Below, piece after piece: positions 48,741-58,212 of a stretch of 64,000 bases of DNA (position 1 is its first letter; each line of letters starts with the position of its first letter). The notes beneath the pieces are model-generated. The model was given only the letters and a program-made list of their open reading frames with translations, was not told the origin of the DNA and ran no database searches. Origin of the DNA: a virus (Duplodnaviria; Caudoviricetes); IMG/VR virus record IMGVR_UViG_3300015050_001523, positions 1 through 64,000 of that record; one strand, written 5' to 3'. The position numbers and the translations under genes were made by a program.

Positions 48741-49104
48741 AATAATTTCAATACTTCTATTGTCAGGCGTTATTATGTCGGGTTGTTCTTGTGCCTCTTC
48801 TCCAAACCATCAAGAAGAGATGCAAAAAAATATAGACAAATTAGAGCTAACAGTTTCTTCTTTGGAAGAAGAAATTAAACTAAATGAAGAAGAAAGAAAA
48901 AAAGAAATAAATCTATTATGTGGATTGGTTGGAGAGGCATCAAGTAATGGCCAAATTTCTTATTTAGGAGACGATACATTCCAAATGGCAGATGGCTCGT
49001 TTCAAGAGATGGATCAAATGGAAGAAATGTGCAATCAGATTATTGACGAATATGAATCAGTCATTGAGGCTCGAATATCAGGTTTGATTTTATCTTCGGA
49101 ATAA
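48730..49104 (+). CDS. Predicted lipoprotein with coiled coil
   Basis: MKNKIISILLLSGVIMSGC lipobox-like signal. Confidence 0.75.
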   Translation: MKNKIISILLLSGVIMSGCSCASSPNHQEEMQKNIDKLELTVSSLEEEIKLNEEERKKEINLLCGLVGEASSNGQISYLGDDTFQMADGSFQEMDQMEEMCNQIIDEYESVIEARISGLILSSE

Positions 49105-49105
49105 T

Positions 49106-49131
49106 AAAAAGGGAGCATATACTCCCTTTTT
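49106..49131. terminator. Bidirectional terminator
   Basis: AAAAAGGGAG-CATATA-CTCCCTTTTT between convergent stops. Confidence 0.78.
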
Positions 49132-49535
49132 TATTTAAGTTCTTCAATCAAGTTATCTTCATTAAGATAATAAATTTTACTATAATCATCTGCAAGAATG
49201 ATATTAGAATTGTCATTTATATTTGCGAATACATCTACAGCAAAAACTTTTGATAGATATTTCAATGAACCTATATCTAACCATTCTTTTGAAATTGTTT
49301 CAAATACAATTATTTTTCTAGGCATCCCTCCAATCTCTTTTGATAGAAGTTTTATATTTTCTTTAGAGATTAGTGAAGAATATTTTAATAATATTTCTGA
49401 TTTAATTTCTTTTAAATCTTGAAAGTCTGATTTTAGATTAAAATAAAAACCTGAAAATTTTATTTCTTCATTTTCATCCTTGATTCCATTTATTTTAGAA
49501 ATATGAGAGGTTATAGTTTTGATTGCTATTAGCAT
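49131..49535 (-). CDS. Hypothetical protein
   Basis: 134 aa. Confidence 0.7.
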   Translation of the reverse strand: MLIAIKTITSHISKINGIKDENEEIKFSGFYFNLKSDFQDLKEIKSEILLKYSSLISKENIKLLSKEIGGMPRKIIVFETISKEWLDIGSLKYLSKVFAVDVFANINDNSNIILADDYSKIYYLNEDNLIEELK

Positions 49536-49560
49536 AGAATTTTAAAGTTTGAAGTTAATA

Positions 49561-49588
49561 ATGGGAGCATGTTTTGACATGCTCCCAT
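49561..49588 (-). terminator. Intrinsic terminator hairpin
   Basis: ATGGGAGCATGT-TTTG-ACATGCTCCCAT downstream of the 49624 gene. Confidence 0.7.
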
Positions 49589-49623
49589 ATTTTTCACCAT
49601 TTGGTGATGTATTTTGCTTTTAA

Positions 49624-50337
49624 TTATACAGCTAAAGAAGTATCTTCTTCAATGTCTGCAAAATCTTTTTCATTATATTCTATAACAATGGTGTCTTCTA
49701 CAGAGTCATCATTTGAAGAATCGGTGGAATCTGAAGAATTGAAAAACTGATCAAAATCAAAATTATCTGGGCTTGGTGCAGCATCTTCAAGAAGTTCCAT
49801 TCCGCGCCAATATTTGCGGGAGCGGCCTTCCCCCTCAAACTGTAAATGTCCTTCTTTGGCCATATTCGTAAATACCTGACCAAAGCTCTGACGAGTAAGA
49901 TTGCTATCAGGATACATTTTCTGAGCAATTTGATTTACTTCGGCAGGAGCGACACGACGAGCCGGCTCAAGGCCGTTGAAAACAGCCCTAACTATCTGTT
50001 TAACAGTTGGACCACCAGTTTTTCGATAGTTGTCACCAGAAGCATCAACAACATGCAAATCATCAATAGTTGATGTTACATTATAGTGAGTTCCTCGACC
50101 ACGATTTACGGTTTCAATTTTATTGGCGCTACTGAGCCATTTAATTGATTTCTGAACTTCAGATTTATCAATCCCGCTAACTGTTGAGATCCAGTCCATT
50201 TGAAGTTTAGGGGTTTCTGGTGACGCAGTAAAGGTTAGCATCGCCTCAAAGACTTTGATATCAGTCTCGTTAGGATGAACGATGCTTTTACGGGCGCCAG
50301 CAGGGCTAATGTTGAAAGTTTTGTTTAAGTTTGACAT
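49624..50337 (-). CDS. Tandem winged-helix-like protein with acidic tail
   Basis: Two helix-plus-wing units (RGRGTHY; GEGRSRKY), D/E/S-rich C-terminus; start refined to MSNLNK with AAGGA SD. Confidence 0.7.
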   Translation of the reverse strand: MSNLNKTFNISPAGARKSIVHPNETDIKVFEAMLTFTASPETPKLQMDWISTVSGIDKSEVQKSIKWLSSANKIETVNRGRGTHYNVTSTIDDLHVVDASGDNYRKTGGPTVKQIVRAVFNGLEPARRVAPAEVNQIAQKMYPDSNLTRQSFGQVFTNMAKEGHLQFEGEGRSRKYWRGMELLEDAAPSPDNFDFDQFFNSSDSTDSSNDDSVEDTIVIEYNEKDFADIEEDTSLAV

Positions 50338-50374
50338 TTTGTATTCCTTTTCGCCAATTCGGCTTTGCTGCGAT

Positions 50375-50403
50375 AACATACACTTCATTCTTTCGGATGT
50401 CAA
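50375..50403 (-). promoter_or_regulatory. Sigma70-type promoter TTGACA-17-TATGTT
   Basis: Upstream of the SD and ATG 50337. Confidence 0.7.
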
Positions 50404-50409
50404 CCTCTT

Positions 50410-52242
50410 TTAACAAAGTTTTTTAGGGGTCTCATAAAGAGATAAAATTGCATCAAAACATTTTTTTTCTGGCTGTTCAATAAGCCCAGCGAATTTAATT
50501 AATCTAATAATTTGTGCATCGTTTTTTATTGGATTAAATGTATTAGAAATTTCTTCAAGTTGTTTAAGTCTTTCATCTGAAACTTCCTTATCTGATGTCG
50601 GCCAAAACTTTAATCTGCTAATAATCGCTTCTCTACTTAATATTTTTTCTTTCTTTTTCTTGTTTCCAAGTCTTTCAATAAAATCCGATTCTTTGTCATT
50701 CTCATTCGGAGCAAAATCTTCTTTAACAACATTTAAGGCATTTTTTGCTAATGACATTTTTTTAAAAATTAATTTTCTAATATGTCTTTCAAGAGGATGA
50801 TCAGCAACAATATGATAAATAATAACTTTTTCAGCCTTTTGTCCAATTCTATGATTTCTGTGCTCTGCTTGGACATTGTTTGCCGGAACCCAATCCAGAT
50901 CATTAAATACTGAAACGCGGGAATGGGTTAGGGTTAGGCCAGAACCAGCTGATTTAATTGTTACAGCCAAACCTTTTAATTTTCCATCTTGAAATTCGTC
51001 TTTTATTTTATGTTTTTGAGAAGATGTTGAGCCAACGCCTTTAATTGTTTTCCATCCTTTTCTTTTTCCAACTTCGTCAATTGGTTTTTGATGGGCGCTA
51101 AAAACCAAAGGAACAATGTCTTTTGATTCTAAATCATCCAATAATTGATTTAGGCATGAGACTTTTGACATTGCAAGAGCTTCTTTTTCTTTTGATAGAA
51201 ACTCAAAAGAAGGCAATTCTTCTTTTTCATAATAGCTGCTTTTTTTATATACATCCCAAGCATTATCAAAAACCTTTTTTACTTTATCTGGAAGCTCTGC
51301 TTGTATTTCAATATAGATTTTATCAGGTAATTCAATTTCCACATCTTCTATTTCTCGACGAAGCATGGCCCTTTGAAGAATTTTTGGAGTTTCTTTTCTT
51401 GGTTGACTAAACGTATATCCATATGTTCCTTGCCTTCCACCAAACAAATACAAGAAGTTTGAAAAGTTTTCAAAAATAATTGTATCTATTCCTATAACTC
51501 TGCACATATTCCACAATTCAAGTTCTCTATTCAATATTGGAGTTCCAGTAATTCCAATAGTTTTATAAGCAAGCTTCATCATTTCTCTTGCTATTTTAAA
51601 TTTGATTGTTTTATTATTTTTTAATGCCTGAACTTCATCAAAAATAAGAACAGTTTTTGCCATTGAAGAATAATCCTCATCTGTCAGGTTTGGATTTTTT
51701 CTTTTATTTGGTGGAAGCTTAAATTTTTCAGGAAGAAGTCCATAAGTTGTTATTACAATTTCTCCTTTCTCTGGATATTTAAATGTTTTTCCGTCCTTGA
51801 CGATATATACCTTTAATTCTGGTCTCCATTTGGCTGCCTCATCCCTCCAGTTTAGTTTTAGATGGGAAGGAACAACTACCAAAGTTCCAAAGCTTAAGTC
51901 TAACGAAATAAGAATCTGAGGGGTTTTCCCTAGTCCACATGAATCCGCTAAAAGACAATTTTTTTGTCGAGTCAGCCATTTTACTCCTTCAATTTGATAT
52001 TTGAATAATCCGGCCTTTTCAGCACGAAGAACTGCTTCTCTATCAAAAGAATTCTTTTCTTTATTTTCATCATCTATAAATTTTTGATATTTTGGCAATT
52101 CTTCAGGAATTGTTTGCTTGATGCATTGAAGTCCTCGACAAATACCAATAAAATCATTATTTTTTTTAAAAACAAAACCGCTCATAGGAAGCAAATCGAT
52201 CCCACAAGCGGTACAGCTAGTAAAATATTTATTGACAAGCAT
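50410..52242 (-). CDS. SNF2-family helicase/translocase (SMARCAL1-like) with N-terminal Cys cluster
   Basis: LADSCGLGKT, IFDEVQ, TGTP, GSGLTLT, DWVP...QAEHRNHRIGQ. Confidence 0.93.
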   Translation of the reverse strand: MLVNKYFTSCTACGIDLLPMSGFVFKKNNDFIGICRGLQCIKQTIPEELPKYQKFIDDENKEKNSFDREAVLRAEKAGLFKYQIEGVKWLTRQKNCLLADSCGLGKTPQILISLDLSFGTLVVVPSHLKLNWRDEAAKWRPELKVYIVKDGKTFKYPEKGEIVITTYGLLPEKFKLPPNKRKNPNLTDEDYSSMAKTVLIFDEVQALKNNKTIKFKIAREMMKLAYKTIGITGTPILNRELELWNMCRVIGIDTIIFENFSNFLYLFGGRQGTYGYTFSQPRKETPKILQRAMLRREIEDVEIELPDKIYIEIQAELPDKVKKVFDNAWDVYKKSSYYEKEELPSFEFLSKEKEALAMSKVSCLNQLLDDLESKDIVPLVFSAHQKPIDEVGKRKGWKTIKGVGSTSSQKHKIKDEFQDGKLKGLAVTIKSAGSGLTLTHSRVSVFNDLDWVPANNVQAEHRNHRIGQKAEKVIIYHIVADHPLERHIRKLIFKKMSLAKNALNVVKEDFAPNENDKESDFIERLGNKKKKEKILSREAIISRLKFWPTSDKEVSDERLKQLEEISNTFNPIKNDAQIIRLIKFAGLIEQPEKKCFDAILSLYETPKKLC

Positions 52243-52284
52243 TTGTCAATATTATATATCATTTTACTATTTTATTTTATTTAT

Positions 52285-52677
52285 TTATCTATACAAATAA
52301 ATGTCATGTTCAGGACCACGTTCTATTGGCCAAAACATTTCATTATATTTTTCAACTGAAAAAACTTTATTTTTGGCATCTTTTTTTACAATAAAAAGAT
52401 GCCCTCTTTCAATAGCATCTCTAAAATAAATATTTCCATTTTTCATGGCATCAATAATTGATTGAGTTGTTGTGCAAACCCAATAAAGACATGAATTGTT
52501 TTCCAATTCATCATTTGCACAATATGCAATAACTAAAGAATCATCAAATATTTTGGATATATAAATATATGGAAATCCATCATGTTCTGTAAGGATTTCG
52601 ATTGGATCTAAATTCCCAAAATATGTTAATAAGGATTCCATATTGAATCTTTTGAATAGTCTGGAAAAGAAATGCAT
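52285..52677 (-). CDS. Hypothetical protein
   Basis: 130 aa; start uncertain. Confidence 0.7.
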   Translation of the reverse strand: MHFFSRLFKRFNMESLLTYFGNLDPIEILTEHDGFPYIYISKIFDDSLVIAYCANDELENNSCLYWVCTTTQSIIDAMKNGNIYFRDAIERGHLFIVKKDAKNKVFSVEKYNEMFWPIERGPEHDIYLYR

Positions 52678-53093
52678 TCTCCTTTATAATTCCAGGTTCT
52701 GTATGATTCTGTTACCATTTCAATATTATTATTGTTGGTTGAGACATTATAGTGTATATCGTCTGGGACGTCAACTAAAAAAAATTGGTATGATCCATCG
52801 CTAAGGTCTCCTCCCATTTCTTCAAATAGTTTGAGCAAATAAATGTCATTCCTCGGAATATTGTACGGAGCACAATAAAGTTCTTTTTCTCCATCATCAA
52901 AATTAAAAAAAACATGCTGTTTTTCATTGTCCTTGTTGAAATCTTCTGAATAAAAAATATATTCTTCTCGATCCAATTCTTTTACCATTGGCATGTATTT
53001 TTTATTCGCCCATGGAGCACCAAGCTCTCTTGCTTTTAAAAGAGCATTCTCCGAAAGCATTAAATCATAATAGTTTGTTAATAATAGTTTCAT
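52626..53093 (-). CDS. Hypothetical phage protein (RND..L....EE...VPDD..Y pattern)
   Basis: 155 aa. Confidence 0.75.
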   Translation of the reverse strand: MKLLLTNYYDLMLSENALLKARELGAPWANKKYMPMVKELDREEYIFYSEDFNKDNEKQHVFFNFDDGEKELYCAPYNIPRNDIYLLKLFEEMGGDLSDGSYQFFLVDVPDDIHYNVSTNNNNIEMVTESYRTWNYKGECISFPDYSKDSIWNPY

Positions 53094-53109
53094 ATTACTT
53101 TATTTGCAA

Positions 53110-53370
53110 TCAAAGAATATCTCTTTTGTCTTTTATAATAAGATAATCGGCCTTATCATCTTCTTTTGGCTCGGCACACCAGCCAGAATTGATAAGTTTT
53201 TCAATTACAATATTGATAGTTTCATCTGAATATGATCCAATATTAACAGAGATTAAGCACTTTTTTTGTTTATACATGACAAAATATTTTCTTATTGCGA
53301 GAAAACATTGCCAAGTAAGATCAGATACATCATCATAATTTGAGATTTCTTCAGGTGTTGGAAATTCCAT
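53110..53370 (-). CDS. Hypothetical protein, paralog of 53382-53675
   Basis: Shared PTPEEI, YKQKK, IGSYSDET, SGW, IIKDKRDIL. Confidence 0.8.
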   Translation of the reverse strand: MEFPTPEEISNYDDVSDLTWQCFLAIRKYFVMYKQKKCLISVNIGSYSDETINIVIEKLINSGWCAEPKEDDKADYLIIKDKRDIL

Positions 53371-53381
53371 AATGCTTACAA

Positions 53382-53675
53382 TCAAAGAATGTCTCTTTTA
53401 TCTTTTATAATAAGAACAGGAATTTTGTCAGTAGTGAATGGATTGAGTGGATTGATTAATGACGTTGTTTCTCTCTTGGCTAGCCAACCAGAATCACCAA
53501 GTTTCGCAATCACAATGTCGACAGTCTCATCTGAATATGAACCAATATCAACACTTATTATTATCTTTTTTTGTTTATAATAAACAAACCATTCTTCTAT
53601 TGTTCGAACACATTCCCAAATAAGCTTGAATGCATGAATATTTGTTATTTCTTCAGGTGTTGGAATTTTTATCAT
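53382..53675 (-). CDS. Hypothetical protein, paralog of 53110-53370
   Basis: Same shared motifs. Confidence 0.8.
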   Translation of the reverse strand: MIKIPTPEEITNIHAFKLIWECVRTIEEWFVYYKQKKIIISVDIGSYSDETVDIVIAKLGDSGWLAKRETTSLINPLNPFTTDKIPVLIIKDKRDIL

Positions 53676-53688
53676 AAAATTTTATTCT

Positions 53689-53949
53689 TTATTTATTTAG
53701 ATCTTTGATTTCTTTAATCAAATTATTCCATTCACAATCAGAATCATAGCGCTTAAAATTTTCCCATGCAGCATCAATTGCTTCAGATTCTGAATTTTTT
53801 GGATCTATGCCATCATGATGATCTCCGCGAACATAAATAATCCAACCGTTATATTCTGGGTCGTTTGTATCTTCATATGAAACATTATATCCTGGTGGCA
53901 ATTTTGGAAGTTTTAATTTTTTGTTTTTCGGTGATTTGATTTTATCCAT
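53689..53949 (-). CDS. Hypothetical protein
   Basis: 86 aa. Confidence 0.72.
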   Translation of the reverse strand: MDKIKSPKNKKLKLPKLPPGYNVSYEDTNDPEYNGWIIYVRGDHHDGIDPKNSESEAIDAAWENFKRYDSDCEWNNLIKEIKDLNK

Positions 53950-54283
53950 AAAGATTATACTCTTTTGCTATTTGTTTTAGTCTTTTTGGCCAATCTTTTG
54001 GTTCCCTGCAATCATGAAGAGATTCTAATACAATTATCATATCAAATATCTTTTCATCAATTTGATATCCAGACTCATTTATTATCTGAATTAAAATTTC
54101 GGTTGAAGGACAAATATTTTTTAAATTATATTTATCATATAATTTATCATTAATAAGGCATCCAATTGCAGACTTATTTCCATATATGTCTTTATAAACG
54201 CTTGATAAATCAAGATTTAAGCTTTGTTTGTTTTGAGCTAATAGATGCCTTGAAATTTTATCAAATATATTTTGATTTGACAT
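53942..54283 (-). CDS. Hypothetical phage protein (AIGCLI.D..Y pattern)
   Basis: 113 aa. Confidence 0.75.
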   Translation of the reverse strand: MSNQNIFDKISRHLLAQNKQSLNLDLSSVYKDIYGNKSAIGCLINDKLYDKYNLKNICPSTEILIQIINESGYQIDEKIFDMIIVLESLHDCREPKDWPKRLKQIAKEYNLYG

Positions 54284-54680
54284 TTAGCAAAATTATATTA
54301 AGAGACTTTCTTCTTTCAATTTCTTTCCAATATTCTTCTTTAGAATAATTTTTTCCATTTAAGTAATAAGGACTATCTTTGCTTTTATGGGCTTCTTCTA
54401 AATTCTGACAAAGATCACCTATATAATATCTATCAGATGATTTAGAAATATAATCAAGAGCAGGACCATCTTCTCTGTGAAGTTTGCCATGAAGACAATA
54501 AGCCTTGTCACCGCATATCCATTCAATTGCAGGAAGATTTCCGTCTCGATGAGTTTTACCGTTTATAAACCATTCTTTACATTCGTCTGGCCATTCGCAA
54601 GCAGGACCATCTTCTCTATGAAGCTTGTCATTTAAATAATAACGCTTAGCACCATACTCAATTCTTAATCCATTTTTCAT
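54261..54680 (-). CDS. HREDGPA-repeat protein
   Basis: Three repeats plus YSKEEYWKEIERRKSL. Confidence 0.85.
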   Translation of the reverse strand: MKNGLRIEYGAKRYYLNDKLHREDGPACEWPDECKEWFINGKTHRDGNLPAIEWICGDKAYCLHGKLHREDGPALDYISKSSDRYYIGDLCQNLEEAHKSKDSPYYLNGKNYSKEEYWKEIERRKSLNIILLNVKSKYI

Positions 54681-55042
54681 TTTATTAACTCACTTTTAAT
54701 GTTAAAAAGAATTACATTAAGAGACTTTCTTCTTATAATTTCTGTCCAATAATCTTTTTCAGAATAACTTTTATTATTTAAATAATATTCTTTACTTCCT
54801 TCTGGATATTCAATTGCAGGACCATCTTCTCGATGAAGAAGATTGTTCATCCACCATTCTTTATGTCCATTTCCATTTAGCCCTTCAAATGCAGGGCCGT
54901 CTTCTCGGTGCCTGTCTCCATTTAAAAACCATATTTTTGTTCCATTTGAATATTCAACGGCAGGACCATCTTCTCGATGAAGAAGATTGTTTAAATAATA
55001 TCGTTTGGCTCCATGTTCATTAATAATTAATCCATTTAACAT
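54677..55042 (-). CDS. HREDGPA-repeat protein
   Basis: Three repeats plus YSEKDYWTEIIRRKSL. Confidence 0.85.
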   Translation of the reverse strand: MLNGLIINEHGAKRYYLNNLLHREDGPAVEYSNGTKIWFLNGDRHREDGPAFEGLNGNGHKEWWMNNLLHREDGPAIEYPEGSKEYYLNNKSYSEKDYWTEIIRRKSLNVILFNIKSELIK

Positions 55043-55054
55043 TTTTTAGTCCTT

Positions 55055-55270
55055 TTATTTATATTGTTTTATATATTTAAAATTATTTTTAATATGATTT
55101 TGAAAATACTTGCCAAGACTATCTGAATTCACAAAATCATTTAGCACAGACAAAGGAACATCCAAATATCGATATTTATCACCGGATTTAAATGTAATAT
55201 CTAAATGGTATTTATTGTTGGCTAAATCATAGATTTGATAATTTATTTTTTCAATTGCAGATGACTTCAT
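55055..55270 (-). CDS. KTSC domain protein
   Basis: SSAI..I.Y...LDITFKSGDKYRYLDVP...SLGKYF...IK; TATAAT 6 nt before ATG. Confidence 0.9.
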   Translation of the reverse strand: MKSSAIEKINYQIYDLANNKYHLDITFKSGDKYRYLDVPLSVLNDFVNSDSLGKYFQNHIKNNFKYIKQYK

Positions 55271-55308
55271 TCTATCATTATACTATATTTGGATGCAAAT
55301 TTGCTATT

Positions 55309-56061
55309 TTAATCAAATTTATTATCTCTTAGAGCGTCCATTAAGCAATTTATCGCCTCATGAAAATCATGATTTGTAAGAATTTTTTCTCCATCAATTT
55401 GGAACCAAGATCGGCTTATTGACCAAGTTTCAGGAATTGATTCTGGATAGTCTTCATCATTACTTGTGCCGGCAAGCATTGCATTTAGTGTGTCAATTGC
55501 TTGTGATGCGGAATACCAAGACCAAATAACTTCATTGCTCTTAAATAAAGACAATTCTTCTGTATCCAAATTTAGACAAAATTGATATTTATCATTTCCA
55601 AATTTTATATTAGCATTTTTTCTAAATAGAAAGAAATTTTTAATTGAATCTCTCTTAAATAAGAGCAATGAATCATTTACCAAAAAAACAATCCCATCGT
55701 ATGTAACTCCAACAACTTGTCCAAAAATGTATGGTTTTTTATTTTCAATAATATCCCATTTGTCAATTTGGAAAAACAGTACGGCCCATTGTCCTTTTTT
55801 TGGAAGCCCTGTTCTTAGCTTTTTTTCATCAATATATAAATCATATTCATGACTTCCCATATCTTTGATTTTGCATGATTGATAAAGCGAACGATAAGCA
55901 TCGCCATCAATCTGACCATACTCGTCTGGGCTTGAAGAATAAAGCTCGTAACAGTCCGGCATGCAGTGTATAGAAGCCTTTAGTCCTTCTTCTTGTTTGG
56001 TTTCTTGGATTGGTCCGAGGTCCCATCGCGGCGGTAATAAATTTTTAGTTTTTTTTGCCAT
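55309..56061 (-). CDS. Hypothetical protein
   Basis: Start refined to MAKKTK. Confidence 0.78.
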   Translation of the reverse strand: MAKKTKNLLPPRWDLGPIQETKQEEGLKASIHCMPDCYELYSSSPDEYGQIDGDAYRSLYQSCKIKDMGSHEYDLYIDEKKLRTGLPKKGQWAVLFFQIDKWDIIENKKPYIFGQVVGVTYDGIVFLVNDSLLLFKRDSIKNFFLFRKNANIKFGNDKYQFCLNLDTEELSLFKSNEVIWSWYSASQAIDTLNAMLAGTSNDEDYPESIPETWSISRSWFQIDGEKILTNHDFHEAINCLMDALRDNKFD

Positions 56062-56065
56062 AAAA

Positions 56066-56302
56066 TTAATCTTTCTTAATTTGACCTTCAAAATTATTAA
56101 TTAATTCAGATACAAACATTATACTTCCATTAGATAAACCATAAACAGACATAAGCCATTTTGATCTATCTATCAATAGAGTAAGTAGGGCATGTTGTTG
56201 TTGGGATGGGCCAAGTGGCGATTGTTGTTGTAAGATAGTGCGACAATTTGCAAGTTTATTAGAAGATTCAAATTGACTAGATGATGATTTTAAATTATTC
56301 AT
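56066..56302 (-). CDS. Small hypothetical protein
   Basis: 78 aa filling an operon gap. Confidence 0.55.
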   Translation of the reverse strand: MNNLKSSSSQFESSNKLANCRTILQQQSPLGPSQQQHALLTLLIDRSKWLMSVYGLSNGSIMFVSELINNFEGQIKKD

Positions 56303-56307
56303 AAAAA

Positions 56308-56916
56308 TTAAAGCATTTCTTGAAATTTTTTATCGTCTTTATACAAATCCCTTAATTTTAATATCCATGCTTCATTTTTTACTTTAAACATCAAAGGAAG
56401 TCCTGGGCTTCTGTATTTTCCTTTACAAACAACTCCTTCAAAAGTCATGCCTTGAAGTGTTCCATTTTTTACAGAGTCAACAAAATCAGAATTTGGATTT
56501 CCATAATATAAAAGCTCTGCATGAGAGATGTTCTGAAACAGTTTTAGAAATAGAGATGGCTCAAGGAGTCCTTTTTTCTCTACTCCAACATCAAACAAAA
56601 CAACATCTTGTATTTCATTTTCATCATGAACCCCAGCAAAGCTGCTTGGCCCAAAAAATTCAAAAAAAGAAATCGTATTTTTCCATTTATTTTCTATGAA
56701 AATTCTTGATAAATCTTCAGAATATTTATTTAAAAATAAATCAACAGACCTTCCAAATGTTGGCTCATTTTTATCAAGTAATCTTTTTCTGGTTCCAAAT
56801 TTATGAAATCCATTTTTCTTATTCCATTCTACTCGAATGTTTGAGCCATCCAATTTATCAAAAGCATAAATTTTTTCTTTTATAATATCTTTGGTTATCG
56901 ATGGATAAGTTTTCAT
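56308..56916 (-). CDS. RNA ligase-fold nucleotidyltransferase
   Basis: FDKLDGSN (motif I), FEFFG, LFDV, EGVVCK, MFKVK. Confidence 0.82.
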   Translation of the reverse strand: MKTYPSITKDIIKEKIYAFDKLDGSNIRVEWNKKNGFHKFGTRKRLLDKNEPTFGRSVDLFLNKYSEDLSRIFIENKWKNTISFFEFFGPSSFAGVHDENEIQDVVLFDVGVEKKGLLEPSLFLKLFQNISHAELLYYGNPNSDFVDSVKNGTLQGMTFEGVVCKGKYRSPGLPLMFKVKNEAWILKLRDLYKDDKKFQEML

Positions 56917-56933
56917 TTTATTTCTTTCAATTA

Positions 56934-56959
56934 ATAAAGCCCTGATGTCAGGGCTTTAT
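56934..56959 (-). terminator. Intrinsic terminator hairpin
   Basis: ATAAAGCCCTGA-TG-TCAGGGCTTTAT. Confidence 0.72.
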
Positions 56960-56961
56960 AT

Positions 56962-58212
56962 TTAAACAATTCCTTCTTTAATTCTTTCAGAAACTGCTTC
57001 TAGACTCATATCGTTGTCCTCATCCTCATCCTCATCCTCATCATCATCATCATCTTCGTCGTCAGGATCTTTCTCTATTTCGTCTTCAGTTTCGTCTTCA
57101 GTTTCATCTTTATTTAGGAAATTTTCTAGTGACTGATTTTTTACCCAAGAAGAAAATAGGTCAGCAATTTTTACCGCATGTTCTCTTGAAATGTGCAAAT
57201 GATGATCATAGTCTTCATTTGTTATCTCAATATAATTTTCATAAAATGTTATTTGAGAATTAGAAAAATTTTCAGGATTAGAACCATCTGGATCATCTAT
57301 TTCTTCGATATCGATTATTACTGGCCCTACTGTTTTTTCTATTGATTTCAAAAGAGAAATTGGAAAAAAGTGCTCTTCTGTACCTGATTCATCTGAAACT
57401 TCAATTATTTCATTTTCATCTATTATAGCAAATTTTAATTTTTTATGCTGAAATAAACTAAGATCAATTTCTTCATCAGCAATTATCTTCATTTCTTTTA
57501 CCCCAAATTTTTTCCATTTTGGAATAAAATAGTCATAACAAGTTATGTTTGCATCTGTAAACAAATTTGATTTAATTGTTTTTTTTGATTTTTTTGTTTT
57601 TTTGATTGCCATAATTTCTTCTTTTTCTTTTGATTTGAGTGACTTTATGTAACCAGCATACAATGGAGATATGCGTTGCCACTCAAAAAGTCGATCTCTC
57701 CATTCGGAAGCAGCTTGATTCCAGTCTAAATCTTTATCCCAGTTTCCACTATCAGCATTGGTAATAATGGCCCATGCGAGATCAAGCATTTTTATAATTT
57801 CATCTTGTTCTATTTTTGATAAAATTATTTCATTATCCCTTTTGGGTATATTTTTAATTATTGTACCTAATTTCTCTACAAGTTCTTGTTTTATAATTTT
57901 TCTTTTCTTGATTTCTTCCCAATAATCTTTTTCTGAAAACTTTATATTATTTAAATAAAAATACTTAACTCCATTAGCAAACTTTCTAGCTGGACCGTTT
58001 TCTCGATGAAGTTCTCCATGGACATAATAAAATTTGTCTCCATCTGAATATTCAATAGCAGGAAGATCTCCTTCTCGATGAAGGTTTCCATTTTTCCACC
58101 AAGACTTATCACCATTTGGACACTCAATAGCAGGACCATCCTCTCTATGAAGGAGATCATTTAAAAAATATCGCTTGTCTCCAAAGCTATCAACAATTAA
58201 TCCATTTTTCAT
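56962..58212 (-). CDS. HREDGPA-repeat N-terminus fused to a large domain with acidic tail
   Basis: MKNGLIVD plus three repeats plus YWEEIKKRK, then about 300 aa unrelated sequence. Confidence 0.85.
   Translation of the reverse strand: MKNGLIVDSFGDKRYFLNDLLHREDGPAIECPNGDKSWWKNGNLHREGDLPAIEYSDGDKFYYVHGELHRENGPARKFANGVKYFYLNNIKFSEKDYWEEIKKRKIIKQELVEKLGTIIKNIPKRDNEIILSKIEQDEIIKMLDLAWAIITNADSGNWDKDLDWNQAASEWRDRLFEWQRISPLYAGYIKSLKSKEKEEIMAIKKTKKSKKTIKSNLFTDANITCYDYFIPKWKKFGVKEMKIIADEEIDLSLFQHKKLKFAIIDENEIIEVSDESGTEEHFFPISLLKSIEKTVGPVIIDIEEIDDPDGSNPENFSNSQITFYENYIEITNEDYDHHLHISREHAVKIADLFSSWVKNQSLENFLNKDETEDETEDEIEKDPDDEDDDDDEDEDEDEDNDMSLEAVSERIKEGIV

Noticed and set aside
49624-50337. Z-alpha (Z-DNA binding) domain
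   Set aside because: Helix spacing is similar, but the signature Asn/Tyr/Trp residues are absent
50410-52242. Inactive SNF2 (DSCGLGKT, DEVQ, QAEHR variants)
   Set aside because: Key Lys, DE and arginine-finger residues are retained, so the variation is within family range
57010-57110. Microsatellite-like TCA/TCC and 12-nt tandem repeats
   Set aside because: They simply encode the D/E-rich tail of the 56962 protein
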